A stretch of 45,883 nt of DNA from an uncultured bacterium (GTDB lineage Bacteria; Desulfobacterota; Desulfuromonadia; Desulfuromonadales; BM103), in contig CBDUFN010000001.1 of NCBI GenBank assembly GCA_965366475.1, positions 1 through 45,883 of the forward strand, given 5' to 3'. Both the position numbers and the translations under genes were made by a program. How positions within the stretch are numbered: position 1 is the stretch's first letter; the number at the start of each line of letters is the position of its first letter. Below the pieces are notes generated by a model that saw only the letters and a program-made list of their open reading frames with translations, had not been told where the DNA came from and ran no database searches. Shown here in pieces: positions 18,959-29,057 of the stretch.

Positions 18959-20245
18959 ATGACTGAATACCTTTGCAACACTCTCAACAACGGCTTGCGT
19001 GTCATCAGTGTACCAATGCCTCATCACCACAGCACCGAAGTGATGATTTACATCGGCGTTGGCAGCCGCAACGAAACTGTTCGCACGGCAGGAGCCTCAC
19101 ATTTCCTCGAGCATATGCTGTTCAAAGGCACGCAGGATTTTCCCACAGGATTAGCCCTTGAACGAGCCTTTGAGGCGGTTGGCGGTTCCGCCAACGCGGC
19201 AACAGACAGCGAAACGACCTGCTTTCATTCACGCGTCCATCCTGACCATTTTTCAGAAGGGATCGCTCTTTTCGCCTCAATGATGCAGCGTCCACTCTTC
19301 AATGACATTGAAATGGAGCGCAGGGTGATCCTCGAAGAAGCGATGGGTGATCTTAACGAAAGTGGTCGACAGATCAATTCTGACAATATTGTGGCAACGT
19401 TGCTCTTTCCAAGCCACCCTCTGGGACTACCAACAGTCGGCAACCGCCCTTCAATTGAACGTCTAACGTTAAAGCAACTGAAGCAGCACCACGCCACTTA
19501 CTACACGCCGCAAAATGCAGTCCTTGCTGTCGCTGGACCGGTTGACCACAAGCAGGTCCTGCAGGCCGCTGAGAAACATTTCAGCCTCTGGCAGGGTGGA
19601 ACCGTACCGTCAGCAAAACCATGGACGGATTTCACTACAAAAGATAAATCTTTACGCTGGGTGCGAGACGCTGGATCGCAAGTCAGTCTGCAACTCGCTT
19701 TTCTGCTGCCAGGACGCGGCAGTGAGCATGCCGTTAATCTACGTGCTTTAAGACGCTTGCTCGGCTGGGGAGGGATGAGCCGCCTGATGCTGCGTTTGCG
19801 AGAAGAACTGGGGCTTACATACGCGGTTGACGCAGCGCTTGCTCTCTATGCCGACGCTGGAACTCTGGCGATCGATCTTGCTGTGACAGCCGAGCATCTC
19901 GGCGAAGCCACCAAAGCGATTCTCGACATTTTCACTGAACTGCACACCAATGAAGTCGGTAGCGACGAGTTGGAACATATTCTCAATTGCTACCGCTGTG
20001 ATCTCGATTATTCACGCGATCAGGTCGATGAAATGGCTCTACGTTATTCCTGGGGTGAACTGACCGGTAGCCACCGCACCATTGCTAATGACCTCGCTGG
20101 AATCGAAACGGTGACAGCGACAGGCCTGCGTCAAACAGTTAAAGAGCTCTTTACTCCCGGCAACTTACGCGGTGCCATTGTGGGACCCTATCGCACTAAA
20201 GATCGTAAAGACGTTGAAAAAGTTATTTCTGAATGGACACCCTGA
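18959..20245 (+). CDS. M16 (pitrilysin/insulinase) family zinc peptidase
   Basis: Intact HxxEH (HFLEHMLFKGT), ERRVILEE, LREELGLTY. Confidence 0.92.
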   Translation: MTEYLCNTLNNGLRVISVPMPHHHSTEVMIYIGVGSRNETVRTAGASHFLEHMLFKGTQDFPTGLALERAFEAVGGSANAATDSETTCFHSRVHPDHFSEGIALFASMMQRPLFNDIEMERRVILEEAMGDLNESGRQINSDNIVATLLFPSHPLGLPTVGNRPSIERLTLKQLKQHHATYYTPQNAVLAVAGPVDHKQVLQAAEKHFSLWQGGTVPSAKPWTDFTTKDKSLRWVRDAGSQVSLQLAFLLPGRGSEHAVNLRALRRLLGWGGMSRLMLRLREELGLTYAVDAALALYADAGTLAIDLAVTAEHLGEATKAILDIFTELHTNEVGSDELEHILNCYRCDLDYSRDQVDEMALRYSWGELTGSHRTIANDLAGIETVTATGLRQTVKELFTPGNLRGAIVGPYRTKDRKDVEKVISEWTP

Positions 20246-20377
20246 TCTGGATTTTTTGTAGCGGCCTTTTCTTACTTTCTTGATGAGAAGGTTATGGTCA
20301 CTCGGACGTTATCCAGGTGACCCTTTTAATTTTCATTTACTTCTTGACATATCTGACCAAAACAGTAAGACATAAAC

Positions 20378-20463
20378 CAAAGAACAAAGTTCTTCATTTT
20401 TTCCTCCTAAAAGAAAAACCTGAATGTAGCCCCATAGCTCCCTCCTGGCTATGGGGCTTTTTT
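20378..20463 (+). ncRNA. Candidate small RNA with C/U-rich motifs (unverified)
   Basis: TTGACA at 20344 with weak -10 TAAGAC; TTCCTCCT at 20401; ends in a strong terminator with TCCCTCCT loop; no convincing ORF. Confidence 0.35.
20428..20463 (+). terminator. Intrinsic terminator
   Basis: 11-bp stem AGCCCCATAGC / GCTATGGGGCT followed by a T-run. Confidence 0.85.
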
Positions 20464-20544
20464 GCGATAATAACCACTACAAGAGTCTTGACGCGCCGTA
20501 TGAAGTCTATCCAAACGGGTCAGATAAAATAGGTTCCTTGCATC

Positions 20545-21384
20545 TCAATACAAGGCTTTATAGAGTGTTAGTAACCCCATAATTGTTGTTAAAACACCCA
20601 GGAAAATTTTAAAGATATCCTCTCTTGCCTTACTTATTACAAAAACAGAACACGGCACAGAGAGCAAAGCTCCAGCGCACATAGGAATGAATATTTGTAA
20701 ATTGATAAAGCCCCCCTTACCAAGGAAGAGGATAACGGCTAGCAAGCAGGTAAATCCTTCTGCAAAGGAAGTGATGCCAACGGCAGCTTTACTTTGAACT
20801 CCACTCAATATCTGACCGCTTGTCACCAAGGGACCATACCCCCCTCCACTTACAGCTTTATTAAACGAAGCAATGCTCGACAATACAGCCATTTTCCACT
20901 TTTTATACTTGATTACGCGACCTGACATCAGAATGACAAACAGTCCGGAGGTAAGGATAACGCAACCAATCGCGACCTTGAGGACCTCCTTGGGGATATT
21001 GATGGCGAGAAACACTCCTGCTGTGACCCCAACGAGACTCCCGACAACCAGAATACCGGCTGAGACCAGGTCTTTTCCCCGGTATCCCAATTCTACATTT
21101 TTGATTTCATTATGAAAAAAAGAGGCTGAGAAACCACTTAATAGTTCTGAGAACAGAATGGTGGGAACAATATCCTCAGGTTGATATCCAAGCATGATGA
21201 GAGAGGGAGTAAGTATCGTGCCATAGCCCATACCAAGGCCACTGTCAATCAGTTCACAGGCGAAACAAAGCCCAAACAAAAGTAGAGCATCACTCGTTTC
21301 AAAGCCACCCTGAAAGCTGGTTGCCACAGAGAATAGAACAACAATCAAACCAATCCAAAATATGCTTTTCTTCCGATAAGTCAT
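20545..21384 (-). CDS. TauE/SafE (TSUP) family sulfite/sulfur-compound exporter
   Basis: Multi-TM; DSGLGMGYGTILTP and SGGGYGP internal-repeat motifs; start approximate. Confidence 0.82.
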   Translation of the reverse strand: MTYRKKSIFWIGLIVVLFSVATSFQGGFETSDALLLFGLCFACELIDSGLGMGYGTILTPSLIMLGYQPEDIVPTILFSELLSGFSASFFHNEIKNVELGYRGKDLVSAGILVVGSLVGVTAGVFLAINIPKEVLKVAIGCVILTSGLFVILMSGRVIKYKKWKMAVLSSIASFNKAVSGGGYGPLVTSGQILSGVQSKAAVGITSFAEGFTCLLAVILFLGKGGFINLQIFIPMCAGALLSVPCSVFVISKAREDIFKIFLGVLTTIMGLLTLYKALY

Positions 21385-21513
21385 ATTGTAAGCAATCACA
21401 AGCTGCCCCCCAACGAACCAGGTATGTGACAATATATCATATGTCTATCAGAGCAAAAATCAAGCCTGTTGCTGTAAAAGAGATGAGTGGTAGACTCTGG
21501 TTAGAGGTTACTC

Positions 21514-22476
21514 ATGATTCAATCAGACCTTCCCAGATATATTTTGGAAAATCACGTCCTCAACGACCTGCTGGCCACCATCAATAAAGGTCTAACGATC
21601 GTTCCAAAGACCGGCTCAGATGGTATCCACCGTCTTCAGAAAAAAGAAGAGGGGCCCTTTCCAAAGAGATCATTACAGGCGTTTATCCCTGCTAAAAAAG
21701 TGCTTATCCCCGACAGAGAAGCTGTTTGGTCCTACAAGTCCGGACGGTTCAATCACGTAGAAGGCTCTCAGCAATTTACTGTAATAGGCCTCCCTCTCTG
21801 CGATCTTCAGGCAATCTGGTATCTCGATCAGGTCTTCATTTCTGATGAGCATTATCAAGGTAGGCGCGCGCAAACCCTTCTGGTCGGGATGCCATGTAAG
21901 CCAGACAGTGATTGTCGCTGCGAAAGACTATTAATGCCAGTTGCTGGCGATCTTTTTATAGACGAAAATCGTGTTTGGGCTCTCTCTCTCACTGGAGAGA
22001 CCTTGTTGAAAAGCCTAGGTTGCTTTGAATCAGAGAAAGTGGCGCTACCATGGCCCAAGGAAACAGAAGAGAAGCGTCCGATGTTAACGGAAAAGCAATT
22101 CAATAAGCTTTCGCACTCTTCAATTTGGGAGAAAGAAGCAAAACGATGTCTTTCTTGTGGAGCCTGCTCAGCTGTCTGTCCAACCTGTTATTGTTTCGAC
22201 ATGCACGACACAGCAGCATTCGACGGTTCTGTCACCAGAAATCGCACGTGGGACAACTGTTTTTTTTCCGAGCACGGCAAGGTTGCCGGAGGACATGATT
22301 TCAGGTTTGGTCGAGCCAACCGGCTGAGATTTCGCATGGAACATAAGTTCTTCGGCTTTGGTGAGCTGCACAACCAAAACGCCTGCGTTGGTTGTGGTCG
22401 CTGCCGCAGAGCCTGCCCCGTGGATATCGACCTCGATAATATTGCCAAACAGCTTGTTGAGGAAGGTGGCTTATGA
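21514..22476 (+). CDS. Group 3b (sulf)hydrogenase beta subunit, 4Fe-4S dicluster protein (HydB/AsrA-like)
   Basis: CLSCGACSAVCPTCYCF, RTWDNC, HKF, CVGCGRCRRACP. Confidence 0.88.
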   Translation: MIQSDLPRYILENHVLNDLLATINKGLTIVPKTGSDGIHRLQKKEEGPFPKRSLQAFIPAKKVLIPDREAVWSYKSGRFNHVEGSQQFTVIGLPLCDLQAIWYLDQVFISDEHYQGRRAQTLLVGMPCKPDSDCRCERLLMPVAGDLFIDENRVWALSLTGETLLKSLGCFESEKVALPWPKETEEKRPMLTEKQFNKLSHSSIWEKEAKRCLSCGACSAVCPTCYCFDMHDTAAFDGSVTRNRTWDNCFFSEHGKVAGGHDFRFGRANRLRFRMEHKFFGFGELHNQNACVGCGRCRRACPVDIDLDNIAKQLVEEGGL

Positions 22477-23297
22477 ACGACCTTAAACCTGTCTCAGCAG
22501 TGCTTGAAAAAATTGTTCCGATGGTTTTAGACAACCACCTTTTCTCTTTCCGCCCAGAATCGAATCTCGAGCTTTCACCAGGTCAATTTATTGAAATCAG
22601 CATACCCGGTATCGGCAGCTTCCCAGTATCATCCTGTGAGTACGCGCGTAATGGCCTTATCAGCTCCTGTATTCGACGAACGGGTAGAGTGACAGAGGCC
22701 CTTTATCAGCTTGAGGTTGGAGATGTGGTTGGCCTTCGTGGTCCGTTCGGTAACGGTTTCGCTCTTGACCAGTTTGAGGGAAAGGAAGCCTTGTTGATTG
22801 CTGGAGGTCTTGGCATGGCTCCGTTGCGGGCTTTACTTTACGCCTTAATCAACAATCACAAACGCATGGAACGGATAATTCTACTTTATGGCTCTCGAAA
22901 CCAAGAGACTTTGCTTTTCCGAGAGGAATTGATTGAACTGTCCAACCAGAAGCGCTTAGAGGTAAAGTTTTCGGTCGATTTCGCTGAGTTGGAACCTGAT
23001 AATTATGGCCACGCTATCTGCAAAATTGGTTTAGTCAGCGAACTCTTGACCGATCTCGATTTTTCTCCCCAAAACACGGTTGCAGCACTATGCGGCCCGC
23101 CGGCACTTTATCGCTGTGTCCTTGAAGAGCTTGCCTTAATTGGAATCCCCCCCACAAAGATCTATGCAACACTTGAAAGGCGCATGCGATGTGGCATCGG
23201 CGAGTGTTGTCACTGTGTCGTAGGGGGACAATATATTTGTAAGGACGGACCAGTTTTCAGCCTTGCGCAGCTACGCAAGATGAAGGAGGCCATATGA
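22473..23297 (+). CDS. Group 3b hydrogenase gamma subunit, FAD/NAD(P)-binding 2Fe-2S protein (HydG/AsrB-like)
   Basis: PGQF, LRGPFGNGF, AGGLGMAPLR, CGPP, ERRMRCGIGECCHC...CKDGPVF. Confidence 0.9.
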   Translation: MNDLKPVSAVLEKIVPMVLDNHLFSFRPESNLELSPGQFIEISIPGIGSFPVSSCEYARNGLISSCIRRTGRVTEALYQLEVGDVVGLRGPFGNGFALDQFEGKEALLIAGGLGMAPLRALLYALINNHKRMERIILLYGSRNQETLLFREELIELSNQKRLEVKFSVDFAELEPDNYGHAICKIGLVSELLTDLDFSPQNTVAALCGPPALYRCVLEELALIGIPPTKIYATLERRMRCGIGECCHCVVGGQYICKDGPVFSLAQLRKMKEAI

Positions 23298-24055
23298 AAA
23301 TCAAGCCTCCCGTTACACTTTCATGGATCCGTTTTACTTCTTGTAGTGGATGCCAACTTACATTGGTTAATTGCGAAACGGCGTTGACTAAACTTTCTCA
23401 CGTCGTTCAAATTTGCGACTTCCCTTTGGTCTCTTCCTCTGTGTGCACAGCTGAAAATATCGACATAGGCTTGGTGGAGGGTTCTATTACCACACCTGAA
23501 GAGGTAAACAACCTGCTGTCTTTTCGACGCAAGGTTTCTCATCTCGTAGCCGTTGGGGCGTGCGCTCTTACCGGCGGCATTAACTCATTGGATAAGGGTG
23601 ATCGTCGTCATTCTTTGAACAATGTCTATGGCCGTCAAGTTTGTGAATGGGACAATTTTACTCCTCAACCGGTCCGTAACTTTGTCAAAGTCGACGGGGA
23701 GATCCAAGGCTGTCCTCCTGAGCGACACGAACTGTTAGGGGTTATTGCTGCGTTATTGCATGGCGGGCGGCCTGGCCAACAAATCATGCCTGTTTGCATG
23801 GAATGCCGTATCAATGAAACGCGGTGCCTGATGGAAGAGGATCACGCCCCCTGCCTGGGACTGATCACTCAAGCGGGATGCCATGCCAAATGTCCAGGCC
23901 TTGGAGTTCCTTGCGAAGGGTGCAGAGGGTTGGTGGCAGAGGCGAATCGAGAAGAGCTGTATCGGCTGTTTATAGCGACCGGTCTTTCAGATCATGACAT
24001 ACGAAACCGACTAGAACGTTTTGGAGACACTTTTTATGACCAAGTTGATTGTTGA
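23294..24055 (+). CDS. NiFe hydrogenase small (delta) subunit
   Basis: CSGC, VEGSI, VGACA, GCPP, and distal CMEC...CLG..T.AGC.A.CP....C.GCRG; no Tat signal. Confidence 0.9.
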   Translation: MKIKPPVTLSWIRFTSCSGCQLTLVNCETALTKLSHVVQICDFPLVSSSVCTAENIDIGLVEGSITTPEEVNNLLSFRRKVSHLVAVGACALTGGINSLDKGDRRHSLNNVYGRQVCEWDNFTPQPVRNFVKVDGEIQGCPPERHELLGVIAALLHGGRPGQQIMPVCMECRINETRCLMEEDHAPCLGLITQAGCHAKCPGLGVPCEGCRGLVAEANREELYRLFIATGLSDHDIRNRLERFGDTFYDQVDC

Positions 24056-25295
24056 TCCATTAACACGCGTCGAAGGTCATGGTCGGGTTGAACTCTTACT
24101 CAAGGATGGACGACTGGCGGATGTGGCTGTGCGCATGCTCGAATCGCCGAGATTATTTGAATCTCTGGTTTTAGGTCGGAGCTATGCTGAAGTTCCGGAT
24201 CTGATCTGTCGCATCTGTGCGATCTGCTCTGCAACTCACAAACTGACATCTCTTCAGGCTCTTGAAAGTGCCATGAAGATTAAAATTCCGCCCCTGGCAG
24301 AGACAGTAAGAGAGTTACTGCAACTCGGTGGGCATATTCAAAGTCATGCATTACACCTGTTCTGTTTGATTCTGCCAGATTTATTCGGAGCTCCGAATGT
24401 CATAGAATTGCTACAGCAGAAGAACCCCCTGGCACAAGCCGGTCTCGAGTTGAAGGCCTTTGCAAATCTTATCCAAAAAGTCAGTGGCGGCCGAGAAGTC
24501 CACCCTATCAATCCGGTTTTCGGTGGGGTTGCATTCCTTCCTGGGCAAGAGGATCTCGAAGCCTTGGCTGAAGAGCTGTTTCATTTGCAGAACAAATGGC
24601 CAGACGTTGCTGCAGGGTTTTTACATTCTAGTAATTATCCAGAAGCCAAACCGATTGTCGGTAAAGCTCTTGCAACAGGTTTGACCACAGGGTTTGCTCT
24701 CGTAGGAGATCAAATCTGGTGTGAAGGCGAACCAGAGAGACCTGCCACCGAATACGCTCAACTCATTAACGAACAATCACGGCCTGACTCTTGTGCGAAA
24801 GATGCTTCAGGTGAGTCAGGGCCGTTCCTCACAGGAGCTTTGGCAAGAGCCTGCCTTGCGGCCAATCGAGAGCAACCCATTGATCTCCCGGCGAAAGACC
24901 TTGGCATTCATGGGAACAATCTGGCTCAAATCAATGAAATCGGATGGGCCCTCAACAGAACCAGCCACTTGCTTGGGCTTTTATTGGGAGCAGACAGGTC
25001 AGAATCTTTGCGTGCTGACAAAGAGATCAAAACGCGAGGCGGCACGGGAACAGCTGTGATGGAGGCCCCGCGTGGGCTTTTGGTCCATCATTATGTTCTG
25101 GATGAATGGGGAACAATTGTTGCGGCTGACGTTGTCACTCCAACCGCAATTAATCAACGGGTCATGGCGGCGCAAATCATGGCAGACCTAGCCGACGTTG
25201 AAGATCATACGCTCTTGCGAGACGGGGCAGAACGAATTACAAGAGCCTATGACCCGTGTATCTCATGTGCGGTACATCTTATAAAGTGCCACTAG
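24036..25295 (+). CDS. NiFe hydrogenase large (alpha) subunit, group 3b-like
   Basis: TRVEGHG, L1 RICAIC, EAPRGLLVH, L2 DPCISCAVH; start at ATG 24036 (GGAGA SD). Confidence 0.93.
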   Translation: MTKLIVDPLTRVEGHGRVELLLKDGRLADVAVRMLESPRLFESLVLGRSYAEVPDLICRICAICSATHKLTSLQALESAMKIKIPPLAETVRELLQLGGHIQSHALHLFCLILPDLFGAPNVIELLQQKNPLAQAGLELKAFANLIQKVSGGREVHPINPVFGGVAFLPGQEDLEALAEELFHLQNKWPDVAAGFLHSSNYPEAKPIVGKALATGLTTGFALVGDQIWCEGEPERPATEYAQLINEQSRPDSCAKDASGESGPFLTGALARACLAANREQPIDLPAKDLGIHGNNLAQINEIGWALNRTSHLLGLLLGADRSESLRADKEIKTRGGTGTAVMEAPRGLLVHHYVLDEWGTIVAADVVTPTAINQRVMAAQIMADLADVEDHTLLRDGAERITRAYDPCISCAVHLIKCH

Positions 25296-25313
25296 CCGAG
25301 CAAAAAACTACGG

Positions 25314-25589
25314 TCATTTGTCTGTAATGATAAAGCCCATATTACCGATCATGACTTTTTCGTTTTTGTCGCCCAACCATAAACGAACCGAACGCTCCCC
25401 AACCAGCTCGAACCTCATACTTTCGTCTTCAATCGTCGCAACCTTGTTGCCTGCTTCAGTGTAAACTTCAACAACTCGATGGGTTCCGATCGTATCTGCC
25501 TTCAAATCATAAGCCTTCTGTTGAGCACTCTCACAACCAACAAGAAGCAGAGCAACAGCTATCAAAAAAACGAGTAATAAGTTCTTCAT
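25314..25589 (-). CDS. Small lipoprotein, unknown function
   Basis: MK + hydrophobic stretch + lipobox LVGC. Confidence 0.75.
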   Translation of the reverse strand: MKNLLLVFLIAVALLLVGCESAQQKAYDLKADTIGTHRVVEVYTEAGNKVATIEDESMRFELVGERSVRLWLGDKNEKVMIGNMGFIITDK

Positions 25590-25853
25590 TTTGTCCCTTT
25601 TTGATCTAGTGAAAAGTTAATTTAAAAAACACCTTGTCGAGACGTTTTTGAGGGTTTTGCCCAGTGACTCAGAAGTACAAAAGGCCTTCACAAGAAGTCC
25701 GACTTGCTCTTTTTTTCAACGTCTTTGAAACCGTCACCCAGACAAGGAGCAAGGAGAATATCCATTCTTATGCTTAGAAGTTTTTACAACCCTCCGCTCA
25801 AAACATTTCAAGCTTTACTTGTTCGGCTGAGAGCAGACCGTAACCAGAATTGA

Positions 25854-26432
25854 TTAATAATCAATACCAGGCTGTGGCTCAATATCTTTTTGATAAGCGT
25901 GCTTGACCTCACACACCTCGCTGACGGTATCGGCCAATTCGATAACCTCGGGATGTGCATTACGCCCAGTCAACACCAAGTGCATTAACTCCGGTTTGAA
26001 CTTAATCAAATCCAGAACCTGCTCCAGATCAACCAGTTTGAGTTTGAGTGCATTATTGATTTCATCAAGGATAATGATGTCGTAATCACCCGCAGTCATC
26101 TTCTCTTTAGCCAGAGCTATTGCGCTCTGAGCACTTGCACGATGCTCAGCATGCGTATATGTATTGCCCTGGATACCGCAAAACCCCATGCCAGTGGCGT
26201 GAAGCTCCACTAAACCTCTGAGAAACTTCACTCCGTCCCACTCTCCGGTATAAAGATCACCTTTCATAAACTGAATAACACAGACTCTCAGTCCATGCCC
26301 GCTGGCCCGTAGCACCATACCCATGGCACTGGTCGTTTTACCTTTGCCATTACCGGTGATCACAACGACCAGACCGTGAGGTTGCTTCGGCACAAGCTTG
26401 TCAATTTTGAGCGGTTTTGTTGATGGCGACAT
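25854..26432 (-). CDS. cobO: Cob(I)alamin adenosyltransferase (CobA/CobO/BtuR type)
   Basis: TGNGKGKTT, IQFMKG, LDEIN, LTGRNA, GIDY; start 26432 with GGAGG. Confidence 0.92.
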   Translation of the reverse strand: MSPSTKPLKIDKLVPKQPHGLVVVITGNGKGKTTSAMGMVLRASGHGLRVCVIQFMKGDLYTGEWDGVKFLRGLVELHATGMGFCGIQGNTYTHAEHRASAQSAIALAKEKMTAGDYDIIILDEINNALKLKLVDLEQVLDLIKFKPELMHLVLTGRNAHPEVIELADTVSEVCEVKHAYQKDIEPQPGIDY

Positions 26433-26606
26433 AAATATGGCCTCCTTAAGATTCAATTGATCCTTCCATGCATAATAACAAATCTTCATAGATTTGCTTT
26501 GCTTACGTCAGACTAAATCTTTCGGCGCAGAAGTCGCCTGATTCGGGTATACTGTTAAAATCATTGTACTTCATTCACATCACTAAACAATTTTGTAAAG
26601 GGAAAC

Positions 26607-27422
26607 ATGACTGACTTCTTCTTGCAATTTGACCCTGTCACACAGGCTTTTATCGCCACACTTTTCACCTGGGGCGTCACAGCCGCAGGCGCCTCTTTGG
26701 TTTTCTTTACCAAAGACTTGAACCCAAAGTTGATGGATTCACTGCTCGGTTTCGCAGCAGGAGTCATGATTGCTGCAAGCTTCTGGTCACTACTGGCACC
26801 GGGGATTGAGATGGCAGAGCAATTGGGTCATACCCCCTGGCTAACCGCAGCCATCGGATTTATGGGGGGTGGTATTTTTATGCGGCTGACAGACAAGTTC
26901 CTACCCCATCTCCATCCCGGGCTCAAAACAGAAGATAGTGAAGGAGTGAAAACTTCATGGCAACGCAGCACACTCCTGGTGCTTGCAATAACCATGCATA
27001 ACATTCCTGAAGGCCTCGCCGTTGGTGTCGCTTTTGGTGCTGTTGCTGCGGGTTTGCCCTCTGCAACAATCGGTGGAGCCATTGCACTGGCCATCGGTAT
27101 TGGCATTCAGAACTTCCCCGAAGGCACGGCTGTATCGATGCCCTTGCGTAGAGAGGGCATGTCCAAAAAGAAAAGTTTTTTTATGGGCCAGGCTTCCGGC
27201 ATGGTAGAACCGGTCGCCGGTGTCCTCGGGGCACTCTTTGTTATCTACATGCAACCGATTCTGCCCTATGCACTCTGCTTTGCGGCCGGCGCTATGATTT
27301 TTGTCGTGGTGGAAGAACTCATCCCTGAATCGCAGAGAAATTACAAGAACATCGACCTGGTGACAATGGCAACAATGGTCGGCTTTTCGGTCATGATGAT
27401 TCTCGATGTCTCTTTGGGATAA
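26607..27422 (+). CDS. ZIP family metal transporter (GufA/ZupT-like)
   Basis: [40 protein letters not shown]; His loop PHLHP. Confidence 0.93.
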   Translation: MTDFFLQFDPVTQAFIATLFTWGVTAAGASLVFFTKDLNPKLMDSLLGFAAGVMIAASFWSLLAPGIEMAEQLGHTPWLTAAIGFMGGGIFMRLTDKFLPHLHPGLKTEDSEGVKTSWQRSTLLVLAITMHNIPEGLAVGVAFGAVAAGLPSATIGGAIALAIGIGIQNFPEGTAVSMPLRREGMSKKKSFFMGQASGMVEPVAGVLGALFVIYMQPILPYALCFAAGAMIFVVVEELIPESQRNYKNIDLVTMATMVGFSVMMILDVSLG

Positions 27423-27473
27423 GTATTCAAGCTTGTCCCCCACAGAACATAAGTCCCTAAGATACAGGTCACA

Positions 27474-28406
27474 ATGCTGCGATTAATGCTCCTTGGTCTT
27501 GCCGCTGGTATGTTCTTCAGCGCAACCTTCATTTTAAACAGATCAATAAGTCTTGAGGGCGGCCACTGGTACTGGTCAGCAGCGCTCAGGTACGGCTATA
27601 TGATCTCTTTTTTGGGAGTGGGGATCGGTGTGTTTAAAGGCCGAGTATTTTTAAGGCGAATACTTGATGAATTTCTCAACAATTTGCTGTTCTGGATCGT
27701 AAGTGGATCAATTGGCTTTGGTGGATTTTACGCTCTGATCTGTTTTGCTGCGGATCACTCGCCTGGGTGGGTCGTCGCGACAACCTGGCAAATGACAATC
27801 ATCGCATCACTATTTGTCCTGATGCTGTTCGGTAAAACATTTTCTAAAAAAATCTGGCTTTACTCTGCCATTGTTTTCACCGGAGTTTGTCTCGTCAACA
27901 TAAGCCAGGTTGAAACAGCAAAAATCACGACACTACTCTTGGGTGCTTCGCCTGTCCTTTTAGCCGCATTCCTATACCCTCTCGGCAACCAACTCGTTTG
28001 GGAAGCAAAGCATGGCAGGAAAGGTCTCCCTGAACTAGACGTCACCCTTCTTGACAATGCCTTTGCCAAGGTCCTTCTGCTCTCTCTTGGCAGTGTTCCC
28101 TTCTGGATTTTACTCTTTCCGTTCACCGGTGCATCGAACCCTTCACAGGGTCAGTTTATCAACGTCGCACTGGTGGCTCTCTTCTCCGGAGTTATCGCGA
28201 CGTCACTCTTTCTTTCTGCTCGTAACAACGCGGACAGCGCCAGCAAGTTAGCCGCGGTTGATGCAACCCAGTCAAGTGAAGTTATCTTTGCTCTTGCCGG
28301 CGAAGCCTTTTTCCTTCAGGCCAGCCTGCCGAACTCTTTAGGAGTCGTAGGTATGCTGATTGCCTGCACCGGATTGATTGCTTTTGTCCGGCACGAGCAC
28401 AATTGA
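27474..28406 (+). CDS. DMT-superfamily transporter (YjlA-like putative multidrug efflux family)
   Basis: About 10 TM helices; FILNRS...GGHWYWSAALRY, YPLGN and AVDATQSSEV motifs. Confidence 0.82.
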   Translation: MLRLMLLGLAAGMFFSATFILNRSISLEGGHWYWSAALRYGYMISFLGVGIGVFKGRVFLRRILDEFLNNLLFWIVSGSIGFGGFYALICFAADHSPGWVVATTWQMTIIASLFVLMLFGKTFSKKIWLYSAIVFTGVCLVNISQVETAKITTLLLGASPVLLAAFLYPLGNQLVWEAKHGRKGLPELDVTLLDNAFAKVLLLSLGSVPFWILLFPFTGASNPSQGQFINVALVALFSGVIATSLFLSARNNADSASKLAAVDATQSSEVIFALAGEAFFLQASLPNSLGVVGMLIACTGLIAFVRHEHN

Positions 28407-28409
28407 AAC

Positions 28410-29030
28410 TTACTTGGAGTAAAGTTCGACAATCAACTTCTCATTGGCCGTACTGTCAATCTCATCCCTTTCAGGCAATCTATTGACTGTAACCGTTAAC
28501 TCCTGCCGATCAACCTTGAGCCATTCCGCCGCTGTGAACCTGGGATTTTCCTGCAGGTATCGAGTCGCTAGAGCTTTCGAAGCAGGATGATCACGAACGG
28601 TCATATGATCACCAACCCTAACCCGGTAAGAAGCAATATCCACTCGTTTGCCGTTGATCTTAACGTGCCCATGGTTCACAAATTGCCTCGCCTGCACGAG
28701 CGTACAACCAAAGCCTGCACGAAACACCAAACAATCCAGTCGTGTTTCAAGGAGAACAAGCAGATTCTCTCCAGTTACGCCACGCATCTGTTGAGCTTTG
28801 CGAAATAGCCGGCGGAACTGCTTTTCAAGCAATCCATAAGTATTTCTCAACTTCTGCTTTTCCGTAAGCTGTTGTCCGTAATCGGAAACTTTACGTCGCA
28901 TTTGATTGGGTCCATGTTGACCGGGACCGTGACTGCGCCGCTCAAGCAATCTGTCGTACTTTGGATTGCCAAATATATTAATTCCAAAACGCCGTACAAG
29001 CTTTCCTTTTGGTCCAGTAAACTTTGCCAT
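28410..29030 (-). CDS. rpsD: 30S ribosomal protein S4 paralog lacking the N-terminal Cys motif
   Basis: PGQHG, SDYGQQLTEKQK, LETRLD, ARQFVNHGH, IVELYSK; located outside any ribosomal protein operon. Confidence 0.93.
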   Translation of the reverse strand: MAKFTGPKGKLVRRFGINIFGNPKYDRLLERRSHGPGQHGPNQMRRKVSDYGQQLTEKQKLRNTYGLLEKQFRRLFRKAQQMRGVTGENLLVLLETRLDCLVFRAGFGCTLVQARQFVNHGHVKINGKRVDIASYRVRVGDHMTVRDHPASKALATRYLQENPRFTAAEWLKVDRQELTVTVNRLPERDEIDSTANEKLIVELYSK

Positions 29031-29057
29031 ATAACTGATTCCTCGTTGGTTTTTAAA

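Noticed and set aside
20317-20532. 71-aa ORF
   Set aside because: It crosses a strong terminator, has no clear SD, and is better explained as non-coding
21514-23297. Anaerobic sulfite reductase AsrAB
   Set aside because: No siroheme AsrC subunit; the genes are coupled to NiFe small and large subunits
24036-25295. NiFeSe hydrogenase / selenocysteine recoding
   Set aside because: All Ni-ligand positions are ordinary Cys codons; no in-frame TGA
25590-25853. Riboswitch upstream of the lipoprotein or near cobO
   Set aside because: No complete cobalamin B12-box or GEMM motif could be assembled
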